Below, one piece after another: positions 8,997-18,210 of a stretch of 64,000 nucleotides of DNA. Under the pieces are notes generated by a model that was given only the letters and a program-made list of their open reading frames with translations, made no database searches and was not told the DNA's origin. Position 1 is the stretch's first letter. Each line of letters begins with the position of its first letter. The DNA comes from a virus (taxonomy: Duplodnaviria > Caudoviricetes): IMG/VR virus record IMGVR_UViG_3300017761_003550, positions 1 through 64,000 of that record, one strand, 5' to 3'. Position numbers and translations under genes: made by a program.

Positions 8997-9194
8997 AAGC
9001 AGTAGACTTGAGTATGAAGAATCAATTGTTTTCTTGGCCAAAAACTTTTTTCTACTGCCACAAAGCTTCTTGGAAAAATGGTAAAAGTTTTCACACAGTA
9101 GTTGATCAACTACACCAGTTGAATTATTACTGTGTGAAAATACCTTTCAAGAGAAAGACACCATACCTTTACATTTTTATTGACAGGGAAATCG

Positions 9195-9416
9195 ATGCGT
9201 AAGTACGTTATCTGGTCTAAGAACAATTGCCGCTTCTGTCAAGAAGCTAAGAGCTTTTTGCTTATGCGGAAAGCAGACTTTGAAGTTAAGACACTTGATC
9301 TAGACTACAACATAGAAGAGTTCGTGAAGAAATTTCCTACAGCTAAAACATTCCCCGCAATCACCTGTAATGATGATTATATCGGTGGTTTTGAACAACT
9401 AAAAGAGAGTTATTAA
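9195..9416 (+). CDS. Glutaredoxin
   Basis: CRFC active site, TFP, YIGGF. Confidence 0.92.
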   Translation: MRKYVIWSKNNCRFCQEAKSFLLMRKADFEVKTLDLDYNIEEFVKKFPTAKTFPAITCNDDYIGGFEQLKESY

Positions 9417-9417
9417 T

Positions 9418-9696
9418 ATGAAAAAAGAAACACCACGTGAGAATTTCGTCAACCAATTACTTAAAGGACCATGTACAGTGGTCTTTACTAAGGTAGATGG
9501 TTCCACTCGTCGAATGCCGGCGACTCTTCATCACTCACTTATTCCTGCTGAAGAAATTGCACCTGATGACGCTACCAAAAGCCGCAAGGTAAACGAGGAA
9601 GTCGTTCCTTGCTTTGATCTAGAGCTCCAGAAATGGCGTAGCTTCAGAGTCGATTCTGTCATTAGTTTTGAACCAGCCCTGCGAGTTGAGACATGA
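9418..9696 (+). CDS. Conserved T4-like SH3/WYL_2-like protein
   Basis: VVFTKVDGSTRRM...CFDLELQKWRSFRVDSV pattern. Confidence 0.65.
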   Translation: MKKETPRENFVNQLLKGPCTVVFTKVDGSTRRMPATLHHSLIPAEEIAPDDATKSRKVNEEVVPCFDLELQKWRSFRVDSVISFEPALRVET

Positions 9697-9938
9697 TCGA
9701 AGCACAAGATTTCCCAATTCCTCAGTTCTTTACAAATAAGCTTTTCGCGGAACTGTTTGAGATGATGGGTCTGGCGATTGCAGATCCTACAGGAAAATGC
9801 GATTATCTTCTCACGGACACTGGTGTAGAATTCTTTTACACTAATGCTGCCGCCTCACCAAAAGACGTTATGAACGCTTTGGGTGTTGAGCTTCAGCAAT
9901 TTCGCGAAAGTAACGTTTTGACAGACGAGGATATGTAG
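9693..9938 (+). CDS. Hypothetical protein
   Basis: ATGA-coupled ORF with GAG SD. Confidence 0.65.
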   Translation: MIEAQDFPIPQFFTNKLFAELFEMMGLAIADPTGKCDYLLTDTGVEFFYTNAAASPKDVMNALGVELQQFRESNVLTDEDM

Positions 9939-9940
9939 TA

Positions 9941-10867
9941 GTGGAACTGAATGAAGTCAACAAAAACGCGAACGGTGGTACTGAACTCGTAACACGTGGG
10001 ATTCTTGAGAGGATTAGTCCGGAAGAATTTGAAGGTGTGCAGTTGATCACAAGTCGAGTGCGTGAACTGAAGAAGAGACACAAGAGAATTCTCCACCTAC
10101 ACGACCTTGCCGGTGATCCTGAAGTTCAACATCTTAAGTCTGATCTAAGTCGCAATCGTTTCTCTAAACTGGTGTTCTGTTCTAACTGGCAGTACGAATC
10201 CTATCGTAACCAGCTTGGTGTTCCTTGGGATGACAAGTCTACAGTAATCGCCAATGGCATTGAGCCGCTCGGTATGATGTTGAAACCTACCGATAAGATT
10301 CGTCTTATCTACACAAGTACACCGCATCGTGGACTTGAGATTCTGGTTCCGGTCTTTGAACATCTGTACAAACAGTTTGATGGTCAGATCGAGCTTGATG
10401 TTTTCTCAAGCTTCAACATCTATGGTTGGCCAGAACGTGACCAACCTTACGAAGAACTTTTTGAACGCTGCCGTCAACACCCCGGAATCAACTATCACGG
10501 ATTCCAACCAAACAGTGTTGTAAGAGGAGCTCTTGAGAAAGCACATATCTTTGCTTATCCATCTATCTGGCAGGAAACATTTTGTATTGCGCTCGCAGAA
10601 GCTATGTCTGCCGGTTGCTTGTGTGTCCATCCTAATCTAGCAGCTTTGCCAGAGACTTCCGGTGGGTTAACGGTAATGTATGATGGTAATCAGAATCCTA
10701 ATGAACATGCACAAGTGTTCGCTCATACGCTCGCTTATGCTATTGAGAATATTCGCCAGAATGATATGACACCATTATTGAAATACATCAAGTCTTTCGC
10801 GGATACTCGTTACTCTTGGACTAATGTTATCTATAAATGGCAATCACTACTAAACTCTCTGAAATAA
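9941..10867 (+). CDS. Glycosyltransferase, GT-B fold (GT4-like)
   Basis: GGTE, IYTSTPHRGL, YPSIWQETFCIALAEAMSAG (EX7E motif), AALPE. Confidence 0.9.
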   Translation: MELNEVNKNANGGTELVTRGILERISPEEFEGVQLITSRVRELKKRHKRILHLHDLAGDPEVQHLKSDLSRNRFSKLVFCSNWQYESYRNQLGVPWDDKSTVIANGIEPLGMMLKPTDKIRLIYTSTPHRGLEILVPVFEHLYKQFDGQIELDVFSSFNIYGWPERDQPYEELFERCRQHPGINYHGFQPNSVVRGALEKAHIFAYPSIWQETFCIALAEAMSAGCLCVHPNLAALPETSGGLTVMYDGNQNPNEHAQVFAHTLAYAIENIRQNDMTPLLKYIKSFADTRYSWTNVIYKWQSLLNSLK

Positions 10868-10881
10868 AGAACATTTTTTGC

Positions 10882-10910
10882 TTGCTTTCTGTGGCCGGAC
10901 GTAGTATACT
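10882..10910 (+). promoter_or_regulatory. Early sigma70-type promoter
   Basis: TTGCTT-17 bp-TATACT; same pattern at 16002 and 19161. Confidence 0.75.
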
Positions 10911-10936
10911 GAAGGCTCAGATAAAGGAGACCACCT

Positions 10937-12040
10937 ATGCCTCGCGGCATCAAAAAGAAACGCGCACGTAGAGCTTCCGGAACACAAACCGATGCCTTCT
11001 ACGGTGCAGAGCCGATCTTTACTGGTAAAATTACTGACCAACAACTCCACCCAACTCTAACTTGGTACAACTACACTCAAGACCCTGAGAAGGGTAAAGT
11101 GTGGCTTCTCGACTTTATGGGTCGTGAAGGTTATACGAAAGCCGAAATTCAGGCAGTCAGGCGTGTCAACTTTAACGCCATTCCTTCGGTCGTTTACTGG
11201 CTGTCTAAGATCGCTCTGAATGGCACGAAGCTTCCTAAAGACACGGTAGTTCGCTTCAAAGAACGCATTCAAACAGCCATTCAGAAGGGTGCCGGTCTCA
11301 AGGACCCTGACGCTGTCAAGGCGAAGAAGAAACCACCCAACATCCAGGAACGCATCAAAGAGAAGGGTGAGCAGCTTATCGCTGACCTTGAAGACGCTCT
11401 TGACAATTTCTTTGTCAACAAAGAGAAGTTCTCGATGTATGACTTCCTTCAGAAGAACGAAGTCTCTTCGCAGATCACTAATATGATCGCTGCTTATTAC
11501 CAACCAAAACTTGATGAGCTCAATGAGCGTGACGCACAGGTGACGGAAGCCTATGGGTCTGATCGCGCACGTCTGAAGAAGTTCTTCAACGAATGGTTTT
11601 CTGATATCGAGCGCTACGGCTCTAACCGTAAGGTGTCGAAAGAGCGGAAGCCTCGCAAGAAGAAAGAGAAGCTGGCCGTTGATGTCATCAAGCGTCTCAA
11701 GTACCAGAAAGAATTCAAGCCTCTGAAGATCGTTTCCGTTAACCCAATCGAGATGATTGGTGCGCAGCAGCTGTGGGTCTACAACACTAAATATAAGCAG
11801 CTGGCCGTTTATAATGCTGCCGGACCAGCTGGTATTAGTGTCAAAGGGACAACTCTTATTGGTTTCGATCAAGAAGAATCTGAGTACAAGACGCTTCGTA
11901 AGCCTGAAGAACAGGTCGCGAAGCTTCTCTCAACTGGTAAGATTGGTCTGAGGAAATTCATGGGTGAGATGAAGACTAAAGCTCGGAAGCCGAATGGCCG
12001 AATCAACGAGAACATCGTAATTCTAAAGGTGATTAAGTGA
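10937..12040 (+). CDS. Conserved hypothetical basic protein of T4-like phages
   Basis: 367 aa ORF, AAGGAG SD, own early promoter, C-ending codon bias. Confidence 0.85.
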   Translation: MPRGIKKKRARRASGTQTDAFYGAEPIFTGKITDQQLHPTLTWYNYTQDPEKGKVWLLDFMGREGYTKAEIQAVRRVNFNAIPSVVYWLSKIALNGTKLPKDTVVRFKERIQTAIQKGAGLKDPDAVKAKKKPPNIQERIKEKGEQLIADLEDALDNFFVNKEKFSMYDFLQKNEVSSQITNMIAAYYQPKLDELNERDAQVTEAYGSDRARLKKFFNEWFSDIERYGSNRKVSKERKPRKKKEKLAVDVIKRLKYQKEFKPLKIVSVNPIEMIGAQQLWVYNTKYKQLAVYNAAGPAGISVKGTTLIGFDQEESEYKTLRKPEEQVAKLLSTGKIGLRKFMGEMKTKARKPNGRINENIVILKVIK

Positions 12041-12891
12041 TTATCGTCGACCTACAACAAGTGATGATTTCTAATCTGATGATGCAGATGAGTAATCAGA
12101 AGTCCGCTGAGCTTGATGAGAGTTTGCTTCGGCACATGATCCTCAACTCGATCCGCTCCTACACATCACGCTACTGTGAAAAGTATGGTGAGCTTGTGAT
12201 CGCCTGTGATAGCCGAGGCAGCTGGCGCCGAGAGCAATTCCCCTACTACAAAGCAAATCGTAGGCAGGCTCGTGAAGAGACTACCACGATGGATTGGACA
12301 GCGATCTTCACCTATCTGGCGAAGATCCGTGCTGAGCTCAAGGAAAGCTTTCCTTATCGTGTTATCGAAGTTGATGGTGCGGAGGCTGACGATATCATCG
12401 CGACACTTGTCCACACCTACGGACCAGAGGGTGCGCGCATCCTAATCCTTTCCGGTGACAAAGACTTCATTCAGCTTCATACATACATGGCCGTTGAGCA
12501 ATATGACCCAGTACGCAAAAAGAAAATCACCCATAACAACCCCGACCTATTCAAAGCCGAACATATCATCAAGGGTGACAAAGGTGATGGTGTTCCTTCT
12601 ATTCTTATGGCTGACAACTCATTGGTTCTTCGAGAGCGCGCCAAGCCGGTAACGCAGAAGAAACTTGATGTCTGGGTTAAACAGAAACCCGAAGAGTTTT
12701 GTAATGAGCAGATGCTACAGCGCTGGCATCGGAATAAACAGTTGATCGATCTAGACTGTGTCCCGAAAAACATTCAGGAAAATATCTTGTCTGAATATGA
12801 AAATGAGGCTGGTAAAGGCCGCAAGAAAATGTTCAACTATTTCATGACACATAAACTCAAACATCTAATGGAGGTCATCGGTGACTTCTGA
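12037..12891 (+). CDS. rnh: T4-type RNase H (5'-3' exonuclease, FEN family)
   Basis: IIVD, CDS..SWRR..FPYYKANR, EADDIIA, SGDKDFIQL, GDKGDGVP. Confidence 0.95.
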   Translation: MIIVDLQQVMISNLMMQMSNQKSAELDESLLRHMILNSIRSYTSRYCEKYGELVIACDSRGSWRREQFPYYKANRRQAREETTTMDWTAIFTYLAKIRAELKESFPYRVIEVDGAEADDIIATLVHTYGPEGARILILSGDKDFIQLHTYMAVEQYDPVRKKKITHNNPDLFKAEHIIKGDKGDGVPSILMADNSLVLRERAKPVTQKKLDVWVKQKPEEFCNEQMLQRWHRNKQLIDLDCVPKNIQENILSEYENEAGKGRKKMFNYFMTHKLKHLMEVIGDF

Positions 12892-12908
12892 TACAAGGAA
12901 AAACTAAA

Positions 12909-13331
12909 ATGCCAATGAAACGAGCTATCTCTGAAATTATCACAGAGGCTGCTAAATTCGAAGACGATCAAGAACGTGTAGACTTTCTACGCAAGAACGA
13001 CGTCGCTCCTCTTCGAGTTCTTCTTCAGTATGCGCTTGATTCGCGTGTACGGTGGCTTCTCCCTGAAGGGGAAATCCCCTACAAGCCAAACAAAGAATAT
13101 CTTGATCTCCATGGTATGCTTTATTCACGTGCCCGCACTCTGTATCTCTTTGTTGAGAATAGCAACGCTCCGGCCATGACAATCGAGAAGCGTGTATCAA
13201 TGTGGCGCCAGCTTCTTGAAACAGTTCTGCCTGAAGACGCTGAGTTTCTTGAGCGTATTAGAAACGGTAAAGTTTGGAAAACGATTAATAAGAAGGTTGT
13301 GAACAGAGCCTTTCCTGGTCTGGTCAAGTAG
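12909..13331 (+). CDS. Conserved hypothetical protein typical downstream of rnh
   Basis: ISEII...LLQYALD...LPEGEIPYK pattern. Confidence 0.75.
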   Translation: MPMKRAISEIITEAAKFEDDQERVDFLRKNDVAPLRVLLQYALDSRVRWLLPEGEIPYKPNKEYLDLHGMLYSRARTLYLFVENSNAPAMTIEKRVSMWRQLLETVLPEDAEFLERIRNGKVWKTINKKVVNRAFPGLVK

Positions 13332-13342
13332 TAGAGAGAGAG

Positions 13343-13519
13343 ATGAGTAAGTCAAAACATACGCGGTCTAAATTCGAAAAATATGATGAAGATCAAGATG
13401 ACTGGAGGACCGATCGCGACGAGCATCGTCGGAAGGTTTCCAACAAGCGAATTAATGCCGCTCTAAAAACGAAGAACATCGATCAGCTCCGTGAGCTTGA
13501 TGATGAGCTTTACGACTGA
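13343..13519 (+). CDS. Small charged hypothetical protein (58 aa, MSKSKHTRSK...)
   Basis: Read manually; AG-rich SD; fills the gap. Confidence 0.65.
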   Translation: MSKSKHTRSKFEKYDEDQDDWRTDRDEHRRKVSNKRINAALKTKNIDQLRELDDELYD

Positions 13520-13529
13520 GAGATAGGTT

Positions 13530-14216
13530 ATGAAACGTGACCACACAACTCCTGAAACGTTATCAAATGTCATATCGAAAATAAAAAAAGAGAGAAAACC
13601 GAAATTATCCGTTTGGGATATTGATGACACATTGTTCAAGACACCATCAAAACACCTTAAAATTTATCTGGTTGATAAGAAAACAAAAAATAGAATAAGG
13701 GGTAAGAACGGAAAATATTTGTCGGTAACGACAGAGCAGTTTGCTGATGAAGATCATCTAAAGAGAATTCTTGATGTTAATAACGCTGCGTTGGATCAAA
13801 AAAACAGCTTCGGAGCATTTAGAGATCCTAAGATATTCAGTAAATACGCCAAACCAATCACCAAAAATCTTGTGATTGCTCTGAAAGAGTATGGTAAGAA
13901 AAAAGAAGTGTTCTTCTTGGCTTTGACGGCTCGTGATAACATGGATCCTGTAGGTTTGGATAATTTTCTCAACCATTTTGCCAACCACGGACTAAATATG
14001 AATACTGATCGTTCTCACATAATAAGAGCTCGTTCAGTTACCGTTCTTCCGGGTAGCGAAGCTAAGAGAAGAATTCTTGAGGGTATCTTAAAGAAATGCA
14101 AATTTATCAATGAAGTTGAGTTTTGGGACGATTCCCCAAGTAACATTAGCGAGTTTGTGAAGCTTCGCGAGATTTTTCCACAAGTAGTCTTCACAGAAAA
14201 TCATGTAACGAAATAG
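13530..14216 (+). CDS. HAD-superfamily phosphatase-like protein
   Basis: WDIDDTLF (motif I), LTAR (II), FWDD (IV). Confidence 0.8.
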   Translation: MKRDHTTPETLSNVISKIKKERKPKLSVWDIDDTLFKTPSKHLKIYLVDKKTKNRIRGKNGKYLSVTTEQFADEDHLKRILDVNNAALDQKNSFGAFRDPKIFSKYAKPITKNLVIALKEYGKKKEVFFLALTARDNMDPVGLDNFLNHFANHGLNMNTDRSHIIRARSVTVLPGSEAKRRILEGILKKCKFINEVEFWDDSPSNISEFVKLREIFPQVVFTENHVTK

Positions 14217-14224
14217 GTGTTCAA

Positions 14225-14536
14225 ATTCCGACTTACAAATTCTATAACAAAAATACAGGCAAAGAGTTCATCGAGTTTATGACGATCTCTGAGCGTGACG
14301 CTTATCTGGCGGCCCATCCTAATCTAGAACAACGTGTTCATGGCGCGCCAATGATTAGTTCTCACCGAGGCGGGGACCGCGCAAAGCCCGACGGTGGGTT
14401 CAATGACGTTTTGCAGAACATTGCAGAACACCACCCCCAATCCCCGCTAGCTGACCGATATATGAAAAAGTCTATCAAGCAATTGAAGACTGAAGAAGTG
14501 ATGAAAAAACACAGGAACCGTCAGCGTAACAAGTAG
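14225..14536 (+). CDS. Conserved T4-like hypothetical protein upstream of phoH, probable ATT start
   Basis: Frame extends 5' of the ATG at 14279 to (I)PTYKFYNKNTGKEF; AGGTG SD 5 nt before ATT at 14225. Confidence 0.65.
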   Translation: MPTYKFYNKNTGKEFIEFMTISERDAYLAAHPNLEQRVHGAPMISSHRGGDRAKPDGGFNDVLQNIAEHHPQSPLADRYMKKSIKQLKTEEVMKKHRNRQRNK

Positions 14537-14545
14537 AGAGTTTAT

Positions 14546-15304
14546 ATGAAACAAAGATTAACCCGCCGCGAAAAAAGACAAATAGAGCATGGTGATCTTG
14601 ATATAGGAACTGTTCTGAAGGACAAGGTCTTTAAAGTAAAAACCGTTGAACCTTTAACAGCAAACCAAGCCATTTCGTTTGAAGCATGGAATAAGGGAAA
14701 GAACCTTCTCTTGACCGGAACAGCCGGCACAGGTAAATCTTTTGTCGCTTGTTATCTTGCGCTCTCTACAGTTTTCAGTAAGCCTGATGTGTATGACGAT
14801 GTGACTATCGTGCGTTCAACAGTCCCATCACGTGATCAGGGATTCTTGAAGGGAAGCATTCAAGAGAAGTCCGAAGTGTATGAGATGCCATACTTCTCTA
14901 TCTTTCAAGATATGTCAGAAGTTGAACACGCCTACTCGGCACTGAAGAGTAAGGGTCTAGTAAAGTTTACATCAACCTCATACATTCGCGGCATGAATCT
15001 TAAAAACACCATCTTCGTTGTTGATGAGATTCAGAATATGACAAGCGAAGAGTTGCATACTATTACCACACGTGTCGGTAAGAACTCTCGCGTTATTATG
15101 TGTGGTGATATTAGACAAAACGACTTGAAGAATAATCGTCAGAACTCGGGGTTTAATGATTACTCTAAAGTCATCGATGAGATGAAATCCTTTCGTCACA
15201 TCCAATTCAATCGAGATGATATCGTGCGTAGTAATTTTGTGAAAGAATATATTATCGCCCGTGAGAATCTTGAGGATAGAGGAATTATCCAACCGCAATG
15301 TTAG
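14546..15304 (+). CDS. phoH: PhoH-like ATPase
   Basis: GTAGTGKS Walker A, IVRS, GFLKG, YIRGMNL, VDEIQN, CGD..QND, DIVRS. Confidence 0.95.
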   Translation: MKQRLTRREKRQIEHGDLDIGTVLKDKVFKVKTVEPLTANQAISFEAWNKGKNLLLTGTAGTGKSFVACYLALSTVFSKPDVYDDVTIVRSTVPSRDQGFLKGSIQEKSEVYEMPYFSIFQDMSEVEHAYSALKSKGLVKFTSTSYIRGMNLKNTIFVVDEIQNMTSEELHTITTRVGKNSRVIMCGDIRQNDLKNNRQNSGFNDYSKVIDEMKSFRHIQFNRDDIVRSNFVKEYIIARENLEDRGIIQPQC

Positions 15305-15975
15305 TTAAACAATTTGACAACAGTCAGTTGGTGAAGTTTCCTAGACTTGAGACAGAAACAATTGATGGTAAACGACATTATGTTGTGACGGGTGCGGAGA
15401 AATTCCCATCCGTCACAACGGTGCTCGATAAGACCGCTGATAAAACCTACCTTGATGAGTGGAAGAAAAACGTTGGTGAGAAACAAGCCAACAAGATTTC
15501 TGAACAAGCAAGAAGCCGTGGTACCGCTCTTCACTTTATGTGTGAACGATATGTCACCAACGTTCCATTTAACATCAAAGATGAAGCTCCTTCTAATGCC
15601 GCCTGCTTCCTTCAGATCAAGAAGGCTCTTGATAAGTGGGCTGGAGCGATCCATGCAGTAGAGGCAGCGCTCTACAGTAGGAAGCTTAAGGTCGCCGGGT
15701 CAACCGATCTGGTGACGATCTGGGACGGCGAACTGGCGATCGTGGACTATAAGACTTCTACCAAGATCAAGAAAGAAGAATGGATTCTAGACTACATTCT
15801 CCAGTCTTCAATGTATGCTTATATGTATTGGGAAATGACTGGTATTTTAATAAAGAAGATAGTAGTTGTCATTTGCGTTGAAGATCTTAGTGAACCACAA
15901 GTGTTCGTTAAGAATCCCGGTGACTATACTAAGCAAATAGCTGCTAGAGTTAAACAGTATTACCGTAATCTCTGA
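15298..15975 (+). CDS. PD-(D/E)XK exonuclease
   Basis: FPSVTTVL, RGTALH, VEAALYS, AGSTD, IVDYKTS, Q...YA. Confidence 0.88.
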   Translation: MLVKQFDNSQLVKFPRLETETIDGKRHYVVTGAEKFPSVTTVLDKTADKTYLDEWKKNVGEKQANKISEQARSRGTALHFMCERYVTNVPFNIKDEAPSNAACFLQIKKALDKWAGAIHAVEAALYSRKLKVAGSTDLVTIWDGELAIVDYKTSTKIKKEEWILDYILQSSMYAYMYWEMTGILIKKIVVVICVEDLSEPQVFVKNPGDYTKQIAARVKQYYRNL

Positions 15976-16001
15976 ATTACATGCATTTAATCTTTTGCTG
16001 C

Positions 16002-16030
16002 TTGCTTTTGACCCCGATCAGGCGTATACT
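16002..16030 (+). promoter_or_regulatory. Early sigma70-type promoter
   Basis: TTGCTT-17 bp-TATACT(GA). Confidence 0.75.
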
Positions 16031-16053
16031 GATGGTGGATTAGGAGAAACCCC

Positions 16054-16290
16054 ATGCAAAGCTGCCACGTGCTCTATGGTGTTAAAGATGCTTATGACGA
16101 CCCACTTTGGGGAACGGTTCCTGCCCGCCGAGTGATACTTGGCGTTCACCGGACCTGGTCGGGGCTTCAAGAAGCTCTAGCCAAAGCGATCAAGAATGTC
16201 GATGAGTATAAAGACCCAGTGAAGCGTAGTCTGACCTTCAATTGGAACTTCGACTACGTTGACTTTGAGACCCGCGTCCTTGAGGACTGA
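16054..16290 (+). CDS. Small early hypothetical protein
   Basis: AGGAG SD, first gene after the early promoter. Confidence 0.75.
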   Translation: MQSCHVLYGVKDAYDDPLWGTVPARRVILGVHRTWSGLQEALAKAIKNVDEYKDPVKRSLTFNWNFDYVDFETRVLED

Positions 16291-16293
16291 CCC

Positions 16294-16512
16294 ATGCTTC
16301 GTGATACCTTCACCGTTGATAACGGCGGCGAGAGAGCCAAGCCGGAAGTCTTTGAGACTGTACCAACCAAGAGGGAGAATCCCTGTGATACGTGTCCTCG
16401 CGCCACTATGTGTGACGCTCAAGAAGTAGATTGTTTCGCCTTCCGTCGTTGGAGTAATTGTGGTGATTATTCCGATACACAAGTTCAGCATCTAATTAGG
16501 AAATTTGACTGA
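16294..16512 (+). CDS. Small Cys-containing hypothetical protein (PCDTCPRATMC...C)
   Basis: GAGG SD; possible metal-binding Cys cluster. Confidence 0.7.
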   Translation: MLRDTFTVDNGGERAKPEVFETVPTKRENPCDTCPRATMCDAQEVDCFAFRRWSNCGDYSDTQVQHLIRKFD

Positions 16513-16712
16513 TGCCACAAGTTACGCCAAACTGTGTTGCCCGAGTAGACCTTGCCGAGTATGAGCGGGGTTGGGGTTCAAAGATTTTTGAGCGGGTATA
16601 TTTCACCACTCTTGAAGAAGCTGTTCAATTCATCAAAGAGTACAACGCGCAGAACGTTGAGACAGCTGCTCCGGATTATTACACCGTTGCTCAGGGACCA
16701 TATAACATATGA
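16512..16712 (+). CDS. Small hypothetical protein
   Basis: Coupled TGATG overlap. Confidence 0.7.
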   Translation: MPQVTPNCVARVDLAEYERGWGSKIFERVYFTTLEEAVQFIKEYNAQNVETAAPDYYTVAQGPYNI

Positions 16713-16861
16713 AATACACCAGGCGCATAAGCGTTAAGTGGTTCTGGGAACCTAGTCTTTGGGTTTGGGCGTTCCATAATCGCATTGATGAAAATGATCG
16801 CCCACGAAACGAGTGGGATATCGGACCACTATCTATCTTAATCCGCAGAGTGGAAGCCTAA
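16709..16861 (+). CDS. Small Trp-rich hypothetical protein (50 aa, MKYTRRISVKWFW...)
   Basis: Read manually; ATGA overlap. Confidence 0.55.
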   Translation: MKYTRRISVKWFWEPSLWVWAFHNRIDENDRPRNEWDIGPLSILIRRVEA

Positions 16862-16862
16862 T

Positions 16863-17075
16863 ATGACCAAATTTGTAAAAGAACAACTTAAAGACATAAT
16901 GGAGAGGCTTACTCGCGCCATTTCTTCTTGTAATGAAGAGGAAATTATTCTCCTCAACAAGCTGCAGGAGCTCTACTCGCAGCGAAAAACGTATCGTGAC
17001 GATTTGCAACTAACCAACAAACTTTACCAAGCAATCGACATTATCGCAGACATAAATAAGAATAAGCCCACTTAG
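16863..17075 (+). CDS. Hypothetical protein
   Basis: ORF in operon; its 3' end overlaps tRNA-Thr. Confidence 0.6.
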   Translation: MTKFVKEQLKDIMERLTRAISSCNEEEIILLNKLQELYSQRKTYRDDLQLTNKLYQAIDIIADINKNKPT

Positions 17076-17141
17076 CTCAGTTGGTAGAGCACTGCCTTTG
17101 TAACGCAGATGTCATCCGTTCGATTCGGATAGTGGGCACCA
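17066..17141 (+). tRNA. tRNA-Thr(UGU)
   Basis: GCCCACT/AGTGGGC acceptor, D arm, TTCGATT T-loop, encoded CCA; one C.C mismatch in the anticodon stem; CATAAATA late motif at 17051-17058. Confidence 0.93.
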
Positions 17142-17189
17142 CCAATTTCTGTATTGACTAAATATTCCGCAGTCAAAGAGGAACAACCA

Positions 17190-17942
17190 ATGAAGTCGCT
17201 TAGAGAACACGTTACAGAATCGCTTGCCGACCGTGGTGATATTCGCCCCGAGCACAACAAAAACGTATACGCCAAAGTCTTGAAATACGTTAAAAGCGAT
17301 CCTGAATTTCACAGTGCTCTTCACGGTGCTTCAGATGATATTGAGGGCTCTATTTCCTCGATGAGAAGAAATGATGAACGAAGAAACATCGTTGATCACG
17401 GAATGTCACCTTCCGCTGCTCGTGTTGCTGCAATAGCTAGTAACGGTAGTATTAAGGATGGTATTTCTGATTTCATGAAAGACCATTTGCATTGGAAATT
17501 TGGTAATCATCCAGGCTATTACAGCGGTCCAAACGTTCCTTCTATTGCAAGTGATATTGTGGACAAACATGTTGAAATTCCATATGATGACAGTGAAGAA
17601 ATAGCTGATGCCGAAAGAAGCCACAAGGAAAACGAAAGTCGTGCTGGCGTTCGTGCAGCTAAACAGAAAATTGACAACGAGATAAAGGATACTGTCAGTC
17701 GGATACATCCTGGTCAACTTCAACACAGTTTAGAGGTCCACAGATTACTTCGCGATAAGGCCACCGTTAGAAAAGCCCCGGAAGATGTACGCCACCACAC
17801 CAGAACTATGTTTCATATCAAAAAAGCTTTGGTGGCTAACGGTTTGACCCCATCTTCTCGTCCAAAGGCACCTGAAAGAAATGTGAGAGTATTAACTAAG
17901 AACGGTTTAGTTAATCGCCCGACTCGTCAACCTTTTAAATAA
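17190..17942 (+). CDS. Putative internal head protein (MKSLREHVTES)
   Basis: GAGG SD before ATG 17190; ACTAAATA late-type motif upstream; His/Arg-rich. Confidence 0.7.
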   Translation: MKSLREHVTESLADRGDIRPEHNKNVYAKVLKYVKSDPEFHSALHGASDDIEGSISSMRRNDERRNIVDHGMSPSAARVAAIASNGSIKDGISDFMKDHLHWKFGNHPGYYSGPNVPSIASDIVDKHVEIPYDDSEEIADAERSHKENESRAGVRAAKQKIDNEIKDTVSRIHPGQLQHSLEVHRLLRDKATVRKAPEDVRHHTRTMFHIKKALVANGLTPSSRPKAPERNVRVLTKNGLVNRPTRQPFK

Positions 17943-17949
17943 ATAATTT

Positions 17950-18024
17950 GCTGTCTTAGCTCAGTGGTAGAGCGCTGGTTTGTGGAACCGGTGGTCCGTG
18001 GTTCAATCCCACGAGGCAGTTCCA
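17950..18024 (+). tRNA. tRNA-His(GUG), no encoded G-1, U73 discriminator
   Basis: GCTGTCT/AGGCAGT acceptor, CTGGT-TTGTGGA-ACCGG anticodon arm, TTCAATC T-loop, CCA. Confidence 0.92.
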
Positions 18025-18027
18025 GTA

Positions 18028-18192
18028 TCGCGGTAGCTTAGTAATAACCTTGTGAGATCCTGTGTACAGGGATAAGATGGGTTCGGTAGTTCCAGTATTG
18101 ACGACGGGGGAGTCCGGAATGCTCCTGTCAGCCGGTGGAACGAGACTTAAAGCCCTAGTATGACTAGGAGACGGTGTGAAACCCCGCGACCA
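18028..18192 (+). ncRNA. Candidate structured RNA with tRNA-like ends
   Basis: 5' TCGCGG pairs with 3' CCGCGA followed by CCA; three internal hairpins; no sense ORF. Confidence 0.5.
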
Positions 18193-18210
18193 CTTTATCA
18201 TGAGGAAAAT

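Noticed and set aside
11057-11872. 271-aa minus-strand ORF
   Set aside because: Antisense to a strongly biased, promoter- and SD-supported gene; no motifs.
13331-13342. (AG)n run as a phase-variable microsatellite
   Set aside because: Short, intergenic and adequately explained as a purine-rich SD.
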